DNA of 8,748 nucleotides from a virus (taxonomy: Duplodnaviria > Heunggongvirae > Uroviricota > Caudoviricetes), in the IMG/VR virus record IMGVR_UViG_2541047780_000006; one strand, 5' to 3'. Below are positions 1 through 6,632 of this stretch, in pieces. Both the position numbers and the translations under genes were made by a program. The notes below the pieces were generated by a model. That model was given only the letters and a program-made list of their open reading frames with translations, was not told where the DNA came from and made no database searches. Each line of letters opens with the position of its first letter. The first letter of the stretch is position 1.

Positions 1-249
1 ATGCGTATTGAAATCTGCATAGCCAAAGAAAAAATGACTAAAATGCCAACCGGTGCTGTGGATGCGTTAAAGGAAGAATTAACCCGACGCATCAGTAAAC
101 GTTATGACGATGTAGAGGTGATCGTAAAAGCCACCAGCAACGATGGCCTTTCTGTTACGCGCACCGCCGATAAAGATTCAGCTAAAACTTTTGTTCAGGA
201 AACTCTGAAAGATACCTGGGAGTCTGCTGACGAGTGGTTTGTTCACTAA
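1..249 (+). CDS. DinI-family protein (DinI-like RecA/SOS modulator), 82 aa
   Basis: The 82-aa ORF aligns over its full length with E. coli DinI (81 aa) as recalled from memory: MRIE..IAK N-terminus and the conserved acidic C-terminal tail [10 protein letters not shown]. It diverges from chromosomal DinI, so it is a DinI-like paralog rather than dinI itself. The ATG is at window position 1, so the promoter and any LexA box are not visible. Confidence 0.8.
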   Translation: MRIEICIAKEKMTKMPTGAVDALKEELTRRISKRYDDVEVIVKATSNDGLSVTRTADKDSAKTFVQETLKDTWESADEWFVH

Positions 250-316
250 TTAGCACGTAAAATCAGTAACAGCTGGAAATCATTCAATACTCGCACTATC
301 GAAAGTTAACCAGCCA

Positions 317-362
317 GCCGCAGTATCCTGTCATGACAAGTTACTGCGGCTTTTTACTTTTT
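317..362 (+). terminator. Rho-independent terminator downstream of the dinI-like gene
   Basis: Inverted repeat GCCGCAGTA (317-325) / TACTGCGGC (342-350) with a short inner palindrome in the loop, followed directly by TTTTTACTTTTT (351-362) on the plus strand. It lies about 65 bp after the stop at 247-249. Confidence 0.6.
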
Positions 363-366
363 ATAT

Positions 367-609
367 TTAACGGATCAACATCCAGATCAGCAGACACGCC
401 ACCACCGGCACAGCAAAATCCATCAGGCTTGCCACATCCCATGCACGTGGATCAAAACCGCCCCACCACGGCATGTTAATCCGCTTGCCATGCCCGAACA
501 TTTCAATCCAGCGATATTCTGCCTGGGTGTGTTCACGCGCAATGAAGAACGTACAACCGGCTATCGCCCCGTAAGCCCAGTTTCCGGTAAAAAGACCAGC
601 CAGTAGGTT
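367..609 (-). pseudogene. Orphan 3-prime gene fragment (C-terminal piece of a hydrophobic, Trp-rich protein); possible displaced host gene end at the prophage boundary
   Basis: Minus-strand frame open for 80 codons between an in-frame TGA (rc of 610-612) and a TAA (rc of 367-369). It has no start codon until a Met 44 codons from the end and no RBS. Hand translation: NLLAGLFTGNWAYGAIAGCTFFIAREHTQAEYRWIEMFGHGKRINMPWWGGFDPRAWDVASLMDFAVPVVACLLIWMLIR. Absent from the ORF track, presumably because the Met-initiated part is short. I could not identify the parent gene. Confidence 0.3.
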
Positions 610-644
610 TCAAAAAACACAATAACCAATTGTATTTGAAGCAA

Positions 645-775
645 AAGACAAGACTTTGAGATGTTTTTTTGTACCTTTTTTTTATGTTTTTAACTGTCTG
701 ATTTTATTGAAATCTTTTTTAGTTTTGCAGAAGGAATTTTTTACTTGATTGTAACTTTTTCGTTTTTTTGGGGCT
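645..775. other. Very AT-rich spacer with a dense series of T-tracts (A-tracts on the minus strand); candidate curved DNA, att arm or H-NS/IHF-binding region
   Basis: Nine runs of 4-8 T within about 105 bp (664-670, 676-683, 687-691, 702-705, 715-720, 723-726, 737-742, 756-760, 763-769). No ORF on either strand. Spacing is irregular (7-18 bp), so strict helical phasing is not demonstrated. Confidence 0.3.
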
Positions 776-912
776 AATTGACGCGCAATGCTGGGCGGGG
801 AGCGCACAGCCAAAAAAACCGAAATTGACCGCTAATTACTGCCAATCATCATCGCTCTGATTGAGCGTAAATCATTCAGGTTATTCAGTTCTTCCTTCTG
901 CTCTCGCTGACG

Positions 913-1083
913 TCAATAAATCCCATCATTGCGATCAACCTCATCCTTAACCATTGATGCGAGCAGTTCTTCCAGTTTCTGCGCTGACAGCTTTACCTGG
1001 TGATCTTCAGCATCTTCCCGGGCTATTGTGGTTCGCGCAGTGGCTGATTTTGCTGACATCACCACAGGGGGCAGACGGACCAT
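913..1083 (-). CDS. Hypothetical small acidic protein, 56 aa (MVRLPPVVMSAKSATARTTIAREDAEDHQVKLSAQKLEELLASMVKDEVDRNDGIY)
   Basis: ATG at rc 1081-1083 is preceded by GGAGG about 10 nt upstream (rc of 1091-1099); stop is rc of 913-915. The ORF track shows a 93-aa version starting at 1194, but that N-terminal extension runs through the degenerate hairpin of repeat copy A and has no RBS, so the shorter form is preferred. No recognisable family. Confidence 0.35.
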   Translation of the reverse strand: MVRLPPVVMSAKSATARTTIAREDAEDHQVKLSAQKLEELLASMVKDEVDRNDGIY

Positions 1084-1147
1084 TGAACCATGGCCTCCGG
1101 AACAAATAAGGGCAAAAATAACAACCACTATCGAAAGCTCACAAACT

Positions 1148-1363
1148 AACCGCAGCACGTTCCTGCATACGACGTATCTGCGGCATAATCCCAATGATTA
1201 CTCCCTGACAGGATTTGCAGGCCACTCAATATCAGGTGCAGTTGATGTATCAACACGATTCAACAATACCCGATATTTATTCCATGCCTCCAGCAACGAT
1301 CTTTCTTCCTCCGTTGCGATTTCCAGATCTACAGCATCCTGCAGTGGCGCAATATACTCACTG
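1148..1363. repeat. Direct repeat copy A (~216 bp): tfa 3-prime end plus a degenerate downstream hairpin
   Basis: Manual alignment of 1148-1363 with 2198-2412 gives about 87% identity, with one indel inside the hairpin. Flanking sequence is unrelated on both sides. The hairpin CCGCAGCACGT...ACGTATCTGCGG (1150-1183) is an imperfect version of the perfect palindrome in copy B. Confidence 0.85.
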
Positions 1364-1467
1364 AATTCCTGGATGTAGAACTGTGTGGTGACGGTCTTCC
1401 AGCCATTCGGCTCCTGCTGTATCGAAGCATACCAGGCTATTTCAATATCGCTATGCTGCGGCAGCAT
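1198..1467 (-). CDS. Short tail fibre assembly protein paralog, 89 aa (unique 36-aa N-terminus fused to the conserved Tfa C-terminal ~53 aa; tfaX-like)
   Basis: The C-terminal 53 aa ([53 protein letters not shown]) are near-identical to the C-terminus of the full Tfa at 2247-2831. The N-terminal 36 aa ([36 protein letters not shown]) are unrelated to Tfa. A good RBS, AAGGGG, sits 4 nt before the ATG (rc of 1472-1477). It could be a functional short chaperone or a recombination remnant. Confidence 0.6.
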   Translation of the reverse strand: MLPQHSDIEIAWYASIQQEPNGWKTVTTQFYIQEFSEYIAPLQDAVDLEIATEEERSLLEAWNKYRVLLNRVDTSTAPDIEWPANPVRE

Positions 1468-1523
1468 TTAACCCCTTGTAATTCATCGCCATAATTGATT
1501 TAATTCACAAATAAAACTATAAC

Positions 1524-2192
1524 ATGGTGAAATCAATGAAAAAAAACACAGATGATGGGGCTAAAATTTACACACCACTTACCCTAAAGCTTTATGACTG
1601 GTGGGTTTTGGGAGTATCAAATCGGCTTGCATGGGGATGTCCTACAAAGGAACACCTTCTTCCACACTTTCTGGAACATGTAGGTAACAACCATCTGGAT
1701 ATTGGTGTTGGAACTGGGTTTTACCTTACTCACGTACCTGAGAGTAGTCTGATATCTTTAATGGATTTGAACGAAGCTAGCCTGAACGCGGCATCTACAA
1801 GGGCTGGGGAATCAAAAATTAAACATAAAATTAGCCATGATGTTTTTGAACCTTATCCCGCGGCGTTACATGGTCAATTTGATTCCATTTCCATGTTTTA
1901 CCTTCTTCACTGCCTGCCTGGAAATATATCTACAAAAAGCTGTGTAATACGCAATGCGGCGCAGGCCTTAACTGACGATGGAACTCTATACGGAGCCACA
2001 ATTCTTGGCGATGGAGTTGTGCACAATAGCTTCGGTCAAAAACTGATGCGCATTTACAATCAGAAAGGCATCTTTTCAAACACAAAAGATTCCGAAGAAG
2101 GCTTAACACATATACTCTCAGAGCATTTCGAGAATGTTAAAACCAAGGTTCAAGGTACTGTAGTAATGTTTTCCGCTTCAGGGAAAAAATAG
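1524..2192 (+). CDS. ybcY: Class I (Rossmann-fold) SAM-dependent methyltransferase, 222 aa; prophage cargo gene, YbcY-like
   Basis: Motif I HLDIGVGTGFY, an acidic residue at the end of beta-2 (LMDLNE), motif II FDSISMFYLLHCLP and motif III LTDDGTLYGATIL. No DPPY/NPPY or PCQ motif, so it is not a DNA methyltransferase. Visibly more AT-rich than the flanking phage genes and on the opposite strand. The symbol is assigned from my recollection that DLP12 of E. coli K-12 has the order tfaD-ybcY-tfaX, with ybcY a putative SAM methyltransferase; this was not verified by alignment. An alternative start at ATG 1536 (MKKNTDD...) has a GGTGA Shine-Dalgarno 5 nt upstream and may be the true start. Confidence 0.75.
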   Translation: MVKSMKKNTDDGAKIYTPLTLKLYDWWVLGVSNRLAWGCPTKEHLLPHFLEHVGNNHLDIGVGTGFYLTHVPESSLISLMDLNEASLNAASTRAGESKIKHKISHDVFEPYPAALHGQFDSISMFYLLHCLPGNISTKSCVIRNAAQALTDDGTLYGATILGDGVVHNSFGQKLMRIYNQKGIFSNTKDSEEGLTHILSEHFENVKTKVQGTVVMFSASGKK

Positions 2193-2197
2193 CATCC

Positions 2198-2412
2198 AAC
2201 CGCAGCACGTTCTTGCTTAAGACGTGCTGCGGCATAATCCCAATGATTACTCCCTGACAGGGTTCGTAGGCCACTCAATATCAGGTGCAGTTGATGTATC
2301 AACACGGTTCAGCAACACCCGATACTTTTTCCAGGCTTCCAGCAATGAGGTTTCTTCCTCCGTTGCAATTTCCAGATCTGCAGCATCCTGAAGCGGCGCA
2401 ATATGCTCACTG
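2198..2412. repeat. Direct repeat copy B (~215 bp): authentic tfa 3-prime end plus downstream hairpin
   Basis: Partner of 1148-1363 at about 87% identity. Covers the last ~55 codons of tfa and about 50 bp of 3-prime flank, including the perfect palindrome at 2200-2232. Confidence 0.85.
2200..2232 (-). terminator. Perfect 11-bp-stem palindromic hairpin between the convergent tfa and methyltransferase genes; probable terminator
   Basis: CCGCAGCACGT (2200-2210), loop TCTTGCTTAAG, ACGTGCTGCGG (2222-2232). On the minus strand it lies 15 nt after the tfa stop, with a T-run (rc of 2184-2189) about 10 nt after the stem. On the plus strand it lies 8 nt after the methyltransferase stop but has no T-run. 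Confidence 0.45.
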
Positions 2413-2831
2413 GCTACCTGCATCAGGTTGTTTTTTGTTTCTTCCGCCTCCCGGATCCGGAACAGTTTTTCTGCTTCCGTATCCTTCACCCAGGCTGTGC
2501 CGTTCCACTTCTGAAACTCCCCTTCCGGCGATAACCAGGTAACATTTTCCGGTAACGGACCGAGTTCAGAAATAAATAACTCGTCCCCTGACGCTACGTC
2601 ATAAACCGTTTTCCCCCGATGGTCTTCAACGAGATGCCACGATGCCTCATCACTGTTGAAAACAGCCACAAAGCCAGCAGGAATATCTGGTGGTGCAATA
2701 TCGGTACTGTTTGCTGGCAGACCTGTATGAGGCGGAATATATGCGTCACCTTCACCAATAAATTCATTAGTTCCGGCCAGCAGATTATAAATTTTTATGG
2801 TCCGTGCTTGTTCACTCATTCTGAATGCCAT
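2247..2831 (-). CDS. tfa: Tail fibre assembly protein Tfa, 194 aa
   Basis: Same length and near-identical sequence to phage lambda Tfa as I recall it ([53 protein letters not shown]...). The start ATG overlaps the stf stop in TAATG. GAGG Shine-Dalgarno lies 8 nt upstream. Confidence 0.95.
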   Translation of the reverse strand: MAFRMSEQARTIKIYNLLAGTNEFIGEGDAYIPPHTGLPANSTDIAPPDIPAGFVAVFNSDEASWHLVEDHRGKTVYDVASGDELFISELGPLPENVTWLSPEGEFQKWNGTAWVKDTEAEKLFRIREAEETKNNLMQVASEHIAPLQDAADLEIATEEETSLLEAWKKYRVLLNRVDTSTAPDIEWPTNPVRE

Positions 2832-5800
2832 TATGCAAGCCTCACAATATAGTTAAATGCGATGTTTTTGACGGTGTTTTCCGCGTTACCCGCAGCGTTA
2901 ACGGTGATGGTGTGTCCATGTGAACCAATCGCAACGGAGTGCGTATGCGCACCAATACCTACAGTATGTGCATGTGCGCCAGAACTTGCTGCAGTACCAG
3001 ACAGCGAGTGGGTATGAGCACCTGCTGACTGTGTCTGAATACGTTGATAATACGATCTATAGGAAGAAGTCTCCGGGCTTACTTGATACTGTGAATTCTG
3101 GACATAAGTGAACCCACCGCCATCATAAAATGCTAACGCAGAACCGCCGCCTCCTGGCCAACGAATACCATTACCATGAGTATGAACACCGGCAGACCCC
3201 GTAGAGCCACTCAGACTGTGCGTATGCGCCCCAGTGTTATTCGTGGATTTAGTGCCGTAATCAAACGACGATGTGGTTTTCGTCCCCAAATCCGTACTGG
3301 ATGCGCTGGCGCTGTGGGTGTGCGATTTTATGCCGTCCTGTTCCTGAGACAATACGGCCCGGCCACTGGCGGGTTTGCCCTTGATTGTCCAGCCGCGCAT
3401 ATCTGGAATAACACCTGAAGGATAGGCAATAGCCAGTTTCGGATATGCTGCCTTATCAAACGTCTGCCCCTGCATGATTGCATAACCTGCAGGTGGTGTA
3501 TCTGATGGCCACGGCAGCGGAACACCTGGCGGAAACGCTTCAATATTTGCCGAGCCGTCAAATTTTACGCCGTTAATTGTCCTTGCAGTTTGCAATTTGG
3601 TTGCTGTGCTTGCATTACCCGATAAAGATCCAGTGATACCACCACTCGCGTTTAATTTAGTTGCAATTGTAACATTGCCAGTATGGTTACTAATTATAAA
3701 CGGCCTTAAGCTATTGTGCGTACCAAGACTGTTACCCGAATCTGTCAACATAAAATATGTGTTTGATCCATCATTTCGGATAAAGAATCCATAGTTGCCA
3801 TAGGCAATACGCAGACCATTTGCTGACCTTGAAATAACCTCACCAGCAGCAGTTAAACCACCTGAAAGAGTCCCTCCAGTTAATGCCAATGCCCCAATAT
3901 TTGAAGGGGTCAATGTGATATTTGCACTACCATCAAATGACACACCGTTAATCGTTCTGGCTGCCTGAAGTTTCGTGGCGGTCGCAGCATTACCTGTAGT
4001 GTTTTGATTACCGGTAGCGTTGACTCCAGGCAAGTTGATATCTGCCGATCCATCAAATGCCACGCCCCCAATCTTACGTGCTGTCTTGATCTTGGTCGCA
4101 GTATCTGCGTTTCCGGTCAAATTACCAGTAACACTACCACCAACTTTTAGTCCATTACCGATGGACACCAACCCTGATCTTAAGTTTATAGAGAATGGTC
4201 TTAATGAACCGATGTCTCCATTTTCCCCCTCCCCTTCATTAGTCGGAATAAGATGAAGATGATCTTCGGAACGCCTAAAAATAAGGCCAAAGGCTTGGTT
4301 GAATATTCGAAGAGCATTTATCGTGCTGATTTTTAACTGCCCTCCCATTGTGTCGCCAGTTTTTTGAACTGAACTATCTTTAACAGTTTTAACTGCCTTT
4401 GGCGTTGCCGCCAGCTTTTCACTGGTGCTGTTTGTTGCACTGCTGAGCTGTACTATCCCCTTTTTCGTCGTGCTCGCATCCTCCAGCGCCACGGCGGATG
4501 CAATATCCTCTGCCCGTTTTGCTGCTGTCTCGGCGCGCGTTGCCGCGGATTCAGCAGCAACTTTGCTCTGAGATGCAGCCGTCGCACTGCCTGCCGCCTC
4601 TGATGCTTTCGTTGTTGCTGTCGTGGCACTACCTTTCGCTGCTGACGCTTGTCTGGTCGCCTCATCTTTTGAAGCAGACGCAGATGATGCCGATGACGCC
4701 GCTGAACTGGCTGACGATGCGGCTGCCGCCTTAGAGGAAGCAGCATTGTCTGCTGAAGTCTTTGCATTTGTTTCAGAGGTTTTTGCTGCAGAAGCAGACC
4801 TCGCTGCTGCAGTGGCTTGCTCAGTGGCTTTGCCAGCCTTCGTTGTGGCTGTTGAAGCGGATGATGCGGCGCTTTCTGCCGATTTTCCGGCGGCGGTGGC
4901 ACTGGCTGAGGCCTGCCCGGCACTTGTTGACGCGGCACTGGCAGATAATGCAGCCGCTGTTTTTGAACCTGCCGCAGCTGAGGCGCTCTGTCCCGCTGCT
5001 GTTTCAGAAGACTTAGCGTTCGTCTCGGACGTTTTTGCCGCCTTCGCGGAATTTCCTGCCGCCGTTGCCGAGGAAGCTGCACTACTGGCACTTGATGATG
5101 CATTCGTTTCTGAAGATTTCGCTGCCTCTTTTGAGGCCGCCGCACCCCGTGCCGAGGTGGCAGCTTCTGACGCCTTCGTGGTCGCTGTGGATGCAGAAGT
5201 GGCTGCCGATTTTTGTGATGCTGCGGCATTCGTTTCTGACGTTTTCGCGGCACTGGCGCTGGTAGCTGCCGCGCTTTTTGATGACTCTGCAGCAGCAGCA
5301 CTTTTTGCTGCTTCACGGGCCTTTGTCGATGCCGTTCCTGCGCTGGAAGACGCTGACTGAGCCGACGACGCGGCCTGTCCGGCTGACGTGCTGGCGGCAC
5401 GTGCTGAGGCTGCAGCATCGGTTGCATGAGTTGCCGCCTCGCTGGCTGATGCACTGGCATCGCTGGCTGATTTTTTCGCGGCTGCCGTATTCTGTGCAAC
5501 CGCGGAGGCGTTACGTGACACCTCTTCCACCATCTGCTCAAAGCGGCGCAGTGCCTCCGGTCGGACATCATCCTCCGTCATGGCACCGAGAAAATCATTC
5601 AGCGTACCTGGTCTGGAACCTTCATAGACGGTAATGGTCCCGGCATGTGAAGGCGGAAAATCTTCAACCAGCAGGGTGACGCTGTACTGGCCATACTCAA
5701 CATCCATGCTGTAACGCCCGGCTTCATCCGGATTTTCAGAGGCCACCGTGTTCACCACCACCGTGCTGCTGGTCCGTCTGGCCTTCAGCACAATGGTGCA

Positions 5801-5857
5801 GTTCTGTACTGGTTTTCCTGTGCCATCTTTAAGCACGCCAGAAATTTTTACTGTCAT
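2831..5857 (-). CDS. stf: Side tail fibre protein Stf, 1008 aa, mosaic
   Basis: The N-terminal ~115 aa ([22 protein letters not shown]...) and the C-terminal ~250 aa (PWPSD...[32 protein letters not shown]...GAHTHSLSG...[29 protein letters not shown]) match lambda Stf as recalled. In between are a long Ala/Ser/Thr-rich repeat region and three copies of the phage tail-fibre repeat (G-N-A-x-T-A-T-K-[IL]-x-x-A-R-x-I-x-G-V-x-F-D-G-S-A-[DN]-I). Confidence 0.93.
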   Translation of the reverse strand: MTVKISGVLKDGTGKPVQNCTIVLKARRTSSTVVVNTVASENPDEAGRYSMDVEYGQYSVTLLVEDFPPSHAGTITVYEGSRPGTLNDFLGAMTEDDVRPEALRRFEQMVEEVSRNASAVAQNTAAAKKSASDASASASEAATHATDAAASARAASTSAGQAASSAQSASSSAGTASTKAREAAKSAAAAESSKSAAATSASAAKTSETNAAASQKSAATSASTATTKASEAATSARGAAASKEAAKSSETNASSSASSAASSATAAGNSAKAAKTSETNAKSSETAAGQSASAAAGSKTAAALSASAASTSAGQASASATAAGKSAESAASSASTATTKAGKATEQATAAARSASAAKTSETNAKTSADNAASSKAAAASSASSAASSASSASASKDEATRQASAAKGSATTATTKASEAAGSATAASQSKVAAESAATRAETAAKRAEDIASAVALEDASTTKKGIVQLSSATNSTSEKLAATPKAVKTVKDSSVQKTGDTMGGQLKISTINALRIFNQAFGLIFRRSEDHLHLIPTNEGEGENGDIGSLRPFSINLRSGLVSIGNGLKVGGSVTGNLTGNADTATKIKTARKIGGVAFDGSADINLPGVNATGNQNTTGNAATATKLQAARTINGVSFDGSANITLTPSNIGALALTGGTLSGGLTAAGEVISRSANGLRIAYGNYGFFIRNDGSNTYFMLTDSGNSLGTHNSLRPFIISNHTGNVTIATKLNASGGITGSLSGNASTATKLQTARTINGVKFDGSANIEAFPPGVPLPWPSDTPPAGYAIMQGQTFDKAAYPKLAIAYPSGVIPDMRGWTIKGKPASGRAVLSQEQDGIKSHTHSASASSTDLGTKTTSSFDYGTKSTNNTGAHTHSLSGSTGSAGVHTHGNGIRWPGGGGSALAFYDGGGFTYVQNSQYQVSPETSSYRSYYQRIQTQSAGAHTHSLSGTAASSGAHAHTVGIGAHTHSVAIGSHGHTITVNAAGNAENTVKNIAFNYIVRLA
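4420..5515. repeat. Intragenic degenerate tandem repeats (Ala/Ser/Thr-rich shaft of Stf; about 42-bp, 14-residue periodicity)
   Basis: The protein motif K(T/S)SETNA recurs at spacings of 42, 28 and 7 residues. The corresponding DNA motif GC(A)TTYGTTTCWGANGNTTTYGC recurs near 4764, 5016, 5101 and 5227. The region is nearly stop-free in several frames, which generates long shadow ORFs on both strands. Confidence 0.6.
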
Positions 5858-5870
5858 ACTTTTCCACCAA

Positions 5871-5905
5871 TAAAAAAAGCCCGCAGCAGTGACGCCACGG
5901 GCTTC
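5871..5905 (-). terminator. Candidate rho-independent terminator between lom and stf
   Basis: Minus-strand RNA would read AAGCCCG, a 14-nt loop, CGGGCUU, then a U-tract (rc of the A-run 5872-5878). It ends about 14 nt before the stf ATG, with a GGTGGA Shine-Dalgarno between. The loop is long, so strength is uncertain. Confidence 0.45.
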
Positions 5906-6008
5906 AGGACAGTGTAACTTTACGTTTCCTCAAACGCAGTTCACCCCATAAGGCGGATGAACCTGCGTATCATAACAATATTTACAGAAGATAAATCGGC
6001 GTCTGTTG

Positions 6009-6608
6009 TCAGAAACGGTATCCGATACCAACAATAAATGCATCCGTTCGCCAGTCGCCACTGCCGGAGCCTTCATAAGCAATATCAATGGCCACGGATT
6101 CGGTCGGGTTAAACTGCACGCCAGCCCCCCACGCCAGAGACGTGTTGCTGTGGCGACCGTCATCACTTCCGGTCAGCACATCGTGCGTTTTCCCCTTGTT
6201 GTCAGTTACGCGGAGATAATCCCCGGAGAAAGTCGACACACGGCTGTAAGCCACACCCACCATCGCATACGCGCTGAACCATTCATTCACGCGTACAGAC
6301 GGCCCCGCCATCACGCTGAACCAGCGGTTACGCACGGAATCTTCATGCCAGCGGGTATCGCTGTAATGCGTTTTTTGCTCATCTTTGGCATTGGCATAAC
6401 TGAATGACGTCACCAGCCCCAGCGTGTCCGTAAACTCATAACGGTATTTCACGTTAATCCCGTTCAGATCATCGCTGCCAGGCATATCAGTATGGGTCTG
6501 AAGATACCCGGCGCTTAGTGTGGACTGATGCTCTGCTGCGCTCGCTGGCGTACCAGCGGCAACCAGCCAGACTACTGCGGACAGAATAACAGCACATAAT
6601 TTACGCAT
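6009..6608 (-). CDS. lom: Outer membrane protein Lom (Ail/Lom/OmpX/PagC family 8-strand beta-barrel), 199 aa
   Basis: Signal peptide MRKLCAVILSAVVWLVAAGTPASA. The C-terminus IAYEGSGSGDWRTDAFIVGIGYRF matches lambda Lom. GAGAGG Shine-Dalgarno lies 6 nt upstream. Position between J and stf is as in lambda. Confidence 0.95.
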   Translation of the reverse strand: MRKLCAVILSAVVWLVAAGTPASAAEHQSTLSAGYLQTHTDMPGSDDLNGINVKYRYEFTDTLGLVTSFSYANAKDEQKTHYSDTRWHEDSVRNRWFSVMAGPSVRVNEWFSAYAMVGVAYSRVSTFSGDYLRVTDNKGKTHDVLTGSDDGRHSNTSLAWGAGVQFNPTESVAIDIAYEGSGSGDWRTDAFIVGIGYRF

Positions 6609-6632
6609 AATTACCTCTCGCTTTTCTGCAAT

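Noticed and set aside
250-912. LexA box (CTGT-N8-ACAG) near the DinI-like gene
   Set aside because: No match in the visible sequence. The relevant promoter is upstream of position 1, outside the window.
913-1194. 93-aa form of the small minus-strand ORF starting at 1194
   Set aside because: The first ~37 codons run through the degenerate hairpin of repeat copy A and have no RBS. An internal ATG at 1081-1083 with a GGAGG Shine-Dalgarno gives the more plausible 56-aa product.
1028-1378. 116-aa plus-strand ORF
   Set aside because: Antisense to the Tfa paralog and the small ORF; Ser/Thr-rich, with no RBS.
1524-2192. DNA methyltransferase (orphan Dam-like or restriction-modification methylase, anti-restriction role)
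   Set aside because: The protein has the SAM-binding motifs of a class I methyltransferase but no DPPY/NPPY (N6/N4) or PCQ (C5) catalytic motif and no target-recognition domain. No restriction endonuclease gene is adjacent.
1148-2412. Invertible tail-fibre host-range switch (Gin/Pin/Cin-type G-segment)
   Set aside because: The two repeats are in direct, not inverted, orientation and no serine invertase gene is present in the window. Recombination between them would delete rather than invert the segment.
2285-2852. Plus-strand ORFs 2285-2542 and 2619-2852
   Set aside because: Antisense to the lambda-like tfa gene; no RBS and no recognisable product.
2920-4256. Short ORFs 2920-3111, 3176-3418, 3328-3561, 3597-3794, 4020-4256
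   Set aside because: Shadow frames inside stf on the same or opposite strand; no independent support.
4453-5571. 372-aa minus-strand ORF (Arg/Pro/Gln-rich) and overlapping plus-strand ORFs 4498-4734, 4623-5360, 4762-5016, 5035-5265, 5278-5634
   Set aside because: They are alternative or antisense frames of the repetitive, stop-poor Ala/Ser/Thr-rich region of stf. Their composition is low-complexity, they have no RBS, and they sit fully inside a confidently identified gene.
5930-6407. ORFs 5930-6166 (minus) and 6006-6407 (plus)
   Set aside because: They overlap the lom gene and its downstream hairpin in the wrong frame or strand. Lom is identified by its signal peptide and conserved C-terminus.
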